NCBI RefSeq assembly: GCF_009914755.1
Contig: NC_060926.1
Reading direction: 5' to 3' (one strand)
DNA: 64,000 nucleotides
From: the human T2T-CHM13v2.0 reference genome, Homo sapiens
Shown: positions 56,061-64,000 of the stretch, in pieces
Layout of the letters: each line of letters begins with the position of its first letter
How positions within the stretch are numbered: position 1 is the first letter of the stretch
The notes under the pieces: generated by a model
What the model saw: only the letters and a program-made list of their open reading frames with translations
The model's database searches: none
What the model was told of the DNA's origin: nothing
Position numbers and translations under genes: made by a program

Positions 56061-59000
56061 TTATTCCTTTGGGTAAACAATGATAAATTGTGATAAATGA
56101 TGATAGAGAGACCAACAGACATGTATACACACATATCACAACTAATGGCAATGCTTAGATTTGAACCATTGCAGACTGTCTTCAAAGCTTGGACAGATAG
56201 CTTAATAAACAATCACAAAAGGATAATAAAAAGTATTATATGAATACTTATCAAAGATAATCTTCTGATTTATCAAATCAACAGACTGAACGAAAAGAAA
56301 GGCTTAATAAAAGTTTAGTGGGCACTTACTGAATGTATAGTGAATGAGAGAATGAATGAATGAGTATAAGATGGCAAGTGATAAATAGCCTTTTTTTCTT
56401 TAAGGAAAGGATAGGAAATCTCTTTAACCTTCCTTATTTCTACAATAATTCTCTGAAAGGAAATGTCTTCTTACAATAAAACTGTGACATCACTGATCGT
56501 CAATAAATGTTTGTTTTGCAAACTTTGAATAATTAGGGGAAACAGGAATATAGCAAAATATTTGAAGATAGTTTAAATTACAAATAAGCTATTTTAAAGT
56601 CTATATAGATGTGTTAAAGATGTTCATTTTTATAACTTAGAACAACTGTTACAGAAATAAACAAAGCTCAAATAATCTCACCATAAAATTCCTTAGTTAC
56701 AAATATAGTGATATCAGATTTATAAGAAAATGTTAAAAGGACTTTGAATTTGCTAAAAAGAGTAGTATATTTTGAAATGTATTGAATAAAAGTGATGATA
56801 TATTACATAAATGATCAATTAAAAAGATTTTTAGTATTCAGAATTATATATTTCCTGGATAAAACTGTGTTTTGTTTTCATTATTTTAATGCTCACAAGA
56901 CACACCTCAGATTCGATTTGCAGTATACATAAAATGTAAGGGGGAAAAAGACCTCCATGTCTAGAGGTATTGCAAACTTGCAAAACACATTAATAGTACA
57001 GTTAAAACAGAATGTGTTAACCTGTCTTCTGAGGTTACCGCACAAGTGTTTTAAAAGTTTTGTTTTGCTGTGGTTTTAAAGCTTAGTGTGTAATCTCTCT
57101 ACCACTGCTTCTAACGGACAAAAAAAAAAAAAAAGAAAAAGAAAAAGTTACAACTCAAATTCTGTAGTAAACCACAGGGCAGAGGCAAGGGGTTCTCAGC
57201 CCATTCCTTAACAAACTTGTTGCTAGTCCTGTCTGCACCATCCTAACTCGCCTATGTTCCCCAGGCACTGAGCCAAAAGTATCATTTTACTGAGTGAAGA
57301 AAAAAGAGTTTCATTCTTCCAATCTTGTACTACTTTCACCTCAACCTTGCAATCTTGTTTTTCCACATTTTCTAACTATTGAAATGAAAGCATTCCCCCC
57401 AAAATATTAATAAAGAATAGGGAAAGGAAGAGAATGGGAAGGAGGTGTTCTCTTCTAGATAGTACGCAGAGTACGAGGCACTATTTTAAACACTGATAAG
57501 GGCACGCATAGAAGCAGGGACTCTGCTTGCTGCCAGTGAATTCAGGTAATGTATCCATTGTTCCAAATTGCTATGGTCTGGTGACAGGAACCCCAACTAG
57601 AACAAGCTTGCCCTGCATTTTCTTTTGCATTTAGATGCCAACTTTGATAAGGTCACGCCTTAAAAGATCCACATAGCATGCAACACACAGATAGCAATAA
57701 AGCCTTCAGCCATTCCCATACTCAGATAAGAATGTAAAAAGAAGAGGAAATCAGAAAGACATTCACATATATGAACAGATTTACAGGGCCAACCCATTTA
57801 TAACTACACCTATCTAGATCCTTTCACACACCAGGGACCTATGTGGAGCCAACAACAAAGGTACTCCAGAGATTCCCTCCCCTCCCAGGCCCCCATGCTC
57901 CTATCCCAGAATTTTCTCAAAGGAGCTCATTGCTTTCCCTCACTGGCTTCCTTTGAGTAGTGTCAAAAAGACTTCCCTTAATGCTTTGACTGCTTCTTTC
58001 AATTCCAGGGACTCCCTGAAATGTCCAATTTATTCCCCTGACCCTCCCAAAAGGTTTGACTCCTCTTCTACTGCAAAGCTCTCCCTCATGAGCTACCCAC
58101 AGAAACCAGTTCCCTAGACTGCCTTCCCTCCCAATCATAGCCCGAAGATCCAATCCTCTTCTCCCTTGCTGTTTTCCTTTCCAACTGTTCCCAAAAGTAC
58201 CTAACCTGACATCATTATTAGTGAAAATACACCAGAGGTTTTGGGGGAAGGGAGGAATACCATTAGAGCAAAGGAAAAACACACATGCACATACAGTGCA
58301 GGAATGATGTTCTCATTCCTGGACTGGTTTTCTCTTACCTTTGTCTATACACAATACGTCACCTCTGACACACTCAAACATTCCCAAAAAGCTTGATTAA
58401 ATGATTTTATCTGGCATATTTAAAGAAGTGTAGTGTGTGGGGGGGGAAGGGGGGGGTGGTATGTCAGTATATTACATTTTTTTCCTAACAAAAACATCGA
58501 AACATACCAATTTATAAAATTGTGACCAAAATCAAAACACAAGTGCAAAGATCCTTTTTAAATTTGTGATTATCAAATGCTACAAATCAGAATTCTGCAA
58601 ACAAACAAAAATCAAAGAACTTCTTCAGCCACGACTATTGATAGGGTAACATCATGCTTAAAACTTCTCTTGTGAAAATGCTGTGCTCTAGCTCAATGCT
58701 TAACCAGACTCTTCTGGAAAACTTTTGTTATTTCGCTGTAATGTTTTCAAAAAGATTTAAGAGTTTCCAAACAACTTGTTTTACACTGACTTAAGTTTTA
58801 CCTAGCTCAGATAAAAATAGATTTCTTGGGCAAAAGATAAATGTACAATTTGTTTGAAAACGTTTTCTTCAATCAGTATATTTTTATGACCTAAAATATA
58901 GTAACAAAATTAAGTGATTCCATTTTTCACTTTAAGATATAAATTTACCTAAACTGTCTTTATTTAAATTGTCAGACTTCATGATTAGCTATTTCTCTTT

Positions 59001-59214
59001 TTAAAAAAGGCATTACCATAATGACCAATAATTATAATCCAAATAATTAGTATTTACATATCTTTAAAATCAATCTTTTTTTAAAAAAATCTCTTTTGTG
59101 GTTGAAAAGAAAATTATGGAAAGACGGCACCAATCTATTTTTCTGTTTAAGAGATCCTTGCGCCTGTTTTTTAAAGGAAGAGTTGGTCTAACTACTCTTA
59201 CGAAAAAAAAAAAT

Positions 59215-59544
59215 GGCTAGGCACAATGGTTCACGTCTATAATCCCAACACTTTGGGAGGCCGCGGCTGGAGAATCGCTTGAGCCCAAGTGTTTGAGACC
59301 AGCCTGTGAGACATAGTGAGACCTCGGATCTAGAGAGATATTAGCCAGGCATGGTGGTGGCGCATGTCCCTAGCCCCAGCTAGTCCAGAGGCTGAGGTGA
59401 GAGGATCTCTTGAGCCCAGGAGTTCGAGGCTGCCACATAAGCCATGATCATGGTGCCACTGCACTCCAACCTGGGCGACAGAGTGAGGGAAACCCTGTCT
59501 AAAAAAAAAAAAAAAGAAAAAAGAAAAGAAAAGAAGAAAAAAAA
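59215..59544 (+). mobile_element. AluJ-type element with long A/GA tail
   Basis: ggctaggcacaatggttcacg...tcgcttgagccc...gcccaggagttcgaggctgc...ccctgtct followed by A15 and GAAAA units; A-run+TG on both flanks. Confidence 0.95.
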
Positions 59545-60481
59545 TGTTTTTTAAGTAGGTTTTCCATTTCTGAGACTAAATATCTAAAAGTTTCTTGCCA
59601 CTTGAAAAATCTAAAAGTGAAACATCTCAAGTCTCACTCATAACTCTATTCTTCATATTTTGTACTATGATGAACACATTAAGTAATACATATATTTAAC
59701 ATGTGATTAATATGTAATCTTGAGCAAAGGTACCAAAAAGTATCTCTCCAATTCAGAGCAAAAGTCAAAAAAATTTTAATTTTAATTTAAAATATTCCTT
59801 ATGCCACCCATCAAGAAAGCCATTATATGATAAACAGCAGATATATCATGCTGCTGATTAATTATAATGGGGAAAATCATAAACCTAGAAATCAACTATA
59901 TCACATATAGAAGGACAGGGTAAGGAGAATGTACCTGTTTGTCAACAGGTCCATTGTCTATGATGAGCAAATTAGCCTGCTCAGAGTCAGAAACAACACT
60001 TAGGGTTCCCTCAGACACACAGTGAAAGACCATCACAAAGCACTCAGGCTGTTAACACAAGACAAAAAAAATAATAGTCCTCAGAAGACCCTTTCTCATC
60101 CCTTGCCCATGAGAACTTTAAGGCTTAGCAAGACAAACAAAGAATTATATATTTCTTGGGCAAGGTTTATCACATTTATGTCAACAAAGAGATGATCACT
60201 GTGAGGTCTTATAGCTTCACAGTTGTAGTTTTTAAAGGAGGGATCACTGAACTCCCAACAAATTGTATAGCTCATTTTAAGTACGTGTACATACACGCAC
60301 TTTCCATTAGTATCACAAAATTCTAATTGTAGAATTGTCTCTAAATGTTTTTCTCACTGTGGAAAAAGCAGATTTGCTCATCTGTAGCGAGAACCTGACT
60401 GGCACTTAATAGGGAAGGTATGTAAATCATGGTTCAAGTTCAGTCATTGCTGGAACTGTGTAACTACCTTCATGTATTAGA

Positions 60482-60564
60482 GTTTTCAGTGAAAATTTAG
60501 ATAATTTATCTCAGGAATTCTTGTTTTCAGTGAAAATTTAGATAATTTATCTCAGGAATTCTTG
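60482..60564. repeat. Perfect 41-bp tandem duplication
   Basis: GTTTTCAGTGAAAATTTAGATAATTTATCTCAGGAATTCTT at 60482-60522 and 60523-60563, with no mismatch. Confidence 0.97.
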
Positions 60565-61629
60565 CAGGAGGAAAAACAAACAACACACATACATACTTCT
60601 AAACTCTTTGGCGAGATCACAAAGATCTTAGGCCCTTCTTGACAACATTTTAGAGAACTATCAAGAATACTGGAACACGACAGAACACAATGCATGCTGA
60701 ATTCGAAATCAAAAGACCTGAAGTTTACCTGTGTTCTAACTGTGTAGGTTAGTTTTCATATCTCTAGAACAAAGAGAGGTATGCTACATCTCGAAAGCTA
60801 TGATTAAGTGAAATGTAAACCATCAGGCATGATGCTAAATTAGGCAAAAGGAAGCAACAACGGCCGTGACACCCTACTGAGTTGATAGGAGAATGGGGTC
60901 AATGTAAACTGGGGAAAAAAACGATTGAAATTACTATGGAGCAACCCACAAGGCATTATCCTTTTCAGTGTTTAATGAGATTTCCCGAAATATTCAAAAT
61001 GGGTGCATGCTTTGATGTCAACTAGGATAACCTGTGAAAAAATGAAATAAGGACTATATAAGATGTAGAATTATCCATTGGAAAGTAGGTGATTTTTATT
61101 GAGGAAAAAAAGTTTTTCTGACAAAATTTTACAAATTTTAAAAAATTTCTTCTACATGACGTAAATATTTTACATAATATAAAATATTATGCTTACATTA
61201 GCTTTATGTACTACTTCTGCCATCCCCAATGAACTGTGGTCATAATAAGCAGATTTGTGTGCATGAAAAGACAGAGGGGCCAGCTTCTAAAAAACCCTTC
61301 TCACTGTGCCCCACAGTTTGAGAGATCAGAGCTACAAGCTGAGCTACTGAACTGATATGACCTGAGATCTGATCCCACTGCAGTAGCCATCGGGCTACAG
61401 TGGTAGTGTTACTTTACCAAAATAAACCCCTCCTCAATAGGAAAACGGTCCAAGAGTGCTTCCAGGTGCCAACTTCTACTCTTCTGGAATAAAATTCCAC
61501 TAACAAAGTTGATATAGCTTTAAAGTGCTTTTCTTTAAAAGAAGGTACATATATTTAGGTTCTACTCATCCTACAATTCAATCTCGAAGAATACATAAAC
61601 ATAAAAAAGCAATACAACATATTGCTTTT

Positions 61630-62030
61630 TTTGCTAATATAAAAGTAATATATGCTTATTGTAAAAAAAAATGTAAAATCTATAAAAGTATAAATCAAAC
61701 AAAAATCACAAAGAATCCCAACACTCAAAAATGACCACTATTCACATTTGGTGTATATTCATCTCATCTTTCCTCTATGAAATATACATCTATTTATATA
61801 TGGCACGCTTTTCTTTACATATTTGAGATCCTACTATATAAACTTGTATAATCTTTTTAATGTATGTATTTCAAAAAATGTCTATGCCATAATCATTCTT
61901 AAAGCACATGGTTTTTAACAGCTCCATTTTATTCTATCCAATTAATATATTATTTTTTAAATAACTGACCACTATTTAAAATATTTCAAATTAGTAATTA
62001 ATTCTCCGTATTAAATAATCACTTTGAGGA
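61630..62030 (-). mobile_element. Old L1 (L1ME-type) 3' UTR fragment
   Basis: ataaaagtaatatatgcttattgtaaaaaaaaatgtaaaa...accactattcacatttggtgtatatt. Confidence 0.55.
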
Positions 62031-62289
62031 GACTTATTTTAGAAGTGATTTTAACACTTGACCCTACCAAATTCTCAGCAAGTAAAACATGCAAGCAGAC
62101 ACAAAATTATAGCAGTGAAAATTTTATAATCCACCTCCCCTTTATTTTACTCAAATAAATCAAATCTTACAGGTAGTGGCAAACTGTGCATATTGTCTTG
62201 TTAATATTCATCTTGCAATTTTAGGGCTACATATCATAAGTAACACAACCACAGGAATAATAGATGCTTGCATTGAAGATACTATACTA

Positions 62290-62420
62290 GGTATTATAAA
62301 GACATTCACTCCAACCTTGACCACAACCCTGTAAGGCATGTATTAGTATCACTTTTTTTTTAACAGATTAAGAAATTAACTTTCTGAAAGGTTAAGTAAT
62401 TCACACAGCTATTAAATGAA
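62290..62420 (-). mobile_element. MIR SINE fragment
   Basis: cacaaccctgtaaggcatgtattagtatc...aacagattaagaaatt...aaaggttaagtaattcacacagct. Confidence 0.65.
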
Positions 62421-63059
62421 TCCTACCAAAACTTAAGACACAGCTCTTGAATCCCATTTCCAAACAGATATTTAGTGTTCTCATTTATATTTATGTGCTA
62501 TATATTTATATTAACTGTACTATGACCACTAATGAAAATAAATTCCTAACACTACCATTATTATCATGATGTTACAGTACAGCAATTTGGCAATACTATA
62601 TTTCAAGAAGAAAAACATAAGCAAGGTAAAATATCTATAGAAATTTTAAATAATATTATCATTTCTAAAGTTGCATATTGTATAAAAATGGTAAATTCTA
62701 AAATGAACACTGGTCTTGATTTTTGTACAACTGGTGTTTTAAAACTACCACTTAATTACACTGTTCAATATTAATTGCTTGATGGAGTTAATGTGTAGGA
62801 AACAAAGATATAAAATGCAATTAAAATTATTAAATATACACAATAAATAAAACCATCAACAAATGATCTGAGTGTAAGGAATCTACATCTAAATTGGGTG
62901 TTGGGGAAGCAAATTAATGGATTACACCAGTTTCTTACAGTTCCACTGGCAAACAGTTGAAGGGCTGACACTTTCAGTCTCACCCTATAGAAATATTTTC
63001 TCAAAAAAACTAATATTTACTGTAGTTTAGTTGTTATTATTAGTGTTTTTTTCCTTTTG

Positions 63060-64000
63060 TTTTGATGTTGTCAAATAGGTAGATATTTGAATGGTTCAAA
63101 AATCAAAAAGTATAAAAGTATATCTAGTGAAGAGTCTTGTTCCATCCCAGCCCCTCATCTGCTCAGCTGTCATCCCTCTATCTATACACTCCCAAACAAT
63201 TAATTATTTCATTACCTTCTTGTTTATCCTATGAGTTTTTAAATATAATTATTAGTAAACATTTCTGGGGTTTTTTTTACCCAACTTATTTTCTTCTGCC
63301 CCTTCCTTTTTTTTAATCTTAGCAATATATTTTCGAAATCTTTCCATATTCATGATTCTTATTTTTTATATACTTGCATAATATTCAATTATTGGATATA
63401 CCTAATTTATTTAATCAATCCACTACTGATGGGCATTGTTTGCACAATGTTTCCCATCTTTTGATATGAAAAACAATGCTGCAATGAATAAATCTGTGCA
63501 CTCAACATTTGACAAATTATTATAAGATAAATTTGTAGAAACAGGAGTACTGAGTCAAAGTTTATAAGCATTTGTTCCAATTCACATTTATATAAATTTA
63601 TACTCCCATCAACAATACATAAAAGGCCCTGTTTCCTTGCAGCCTTGCCAACACAGCATGACACAAAATTTTCAGTTTTTTGCTAATATAATGAATTAGA
63701 CATGCTATGTCAGTATAGTTTTATATACCTCCTATTTTGGGTGAAGTTAAGAAAAACTTTATATGTGTAGGAGCCAATGGTATTTTTCTGTGAACTGTGT
63801 GTTAGAATAATTTAACCAAATTTCTATTAGATACTTACTGTACTTCAGGAATTACTAGGAGCTGTTATGTATTAGAGATTAACCGTTTAAGTCATCATAT
63901 GAGTTGCAAATTTTACCTCCAGCTTGTTGTTTACCTTTTGGTTTTATTTATGCTATTTTTTGCCATGTAGAAATTTTTATTATTTTAAATGAATTAATCC
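63060..64000 (-). mobile_element. Old L1 (L1ME/MD-type) fragment running off the window end
   Basis: aatttatttaatcaatccactactgatgggcatt...aacaatgctgcaatgaata...tactcccatcaacaatacat...gccttgccaacac...ttgtttaccttttggttttatttatg. Confidence 0.75.

Overview
Primate (very probably human) genomic DNA lying entirely inside the IKZF2 (Helios) gene, which is transcribed from the minus strand. Only 435 of the 64,000 bases are protein-coding. They form two internal, phase-1/phase-1 GT-AG exons. The exon at 9672-9938 (267 nt) encodes the N-terminal linker and C2H2 zinc finger 1. The exon at 2552-2719 (168 nt) encodes zinc fingers 2 and 3 and is missed by the ORF track. The first exon has an internal in-frame donor that removes exactly finger 1, matching the known shorter Helios isoform. 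The rest is AT-rich intron, with more than 54 kb upstream of the first exon. It carries eight Alus with near-complete or recognisable bodies plus one short fragment, a 5'-truncated L1PA and old L1M/L2/MIR pieces. It also holds an ERVL integrase/dUTPase fossil, an MLT1 LTR abutting a CR1/L3 reverse-transcriptase fossil, DNA-transposon relics (MER1A, Tigger3-like, MER5A, MADE1 half) and microsatellites. Almost all ORFs in the track are spurious or repeat-derived. I see no convincing previously undescribed gene system or foreign insert. The best leads are hypotheses: stop-free 'endless ORF' circRNA potential of the two exons, a perfect 41-bp tandem duplication that doubles a palindromic GATA pair, a p53-family-like element, a close inverted AluY pair, a ~230-nt GGAA/purine tract and several candidate poison exons. 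Repeat subfamily names and old-repeat boundaries are by eye from remembered consensus sequences and are approximate.
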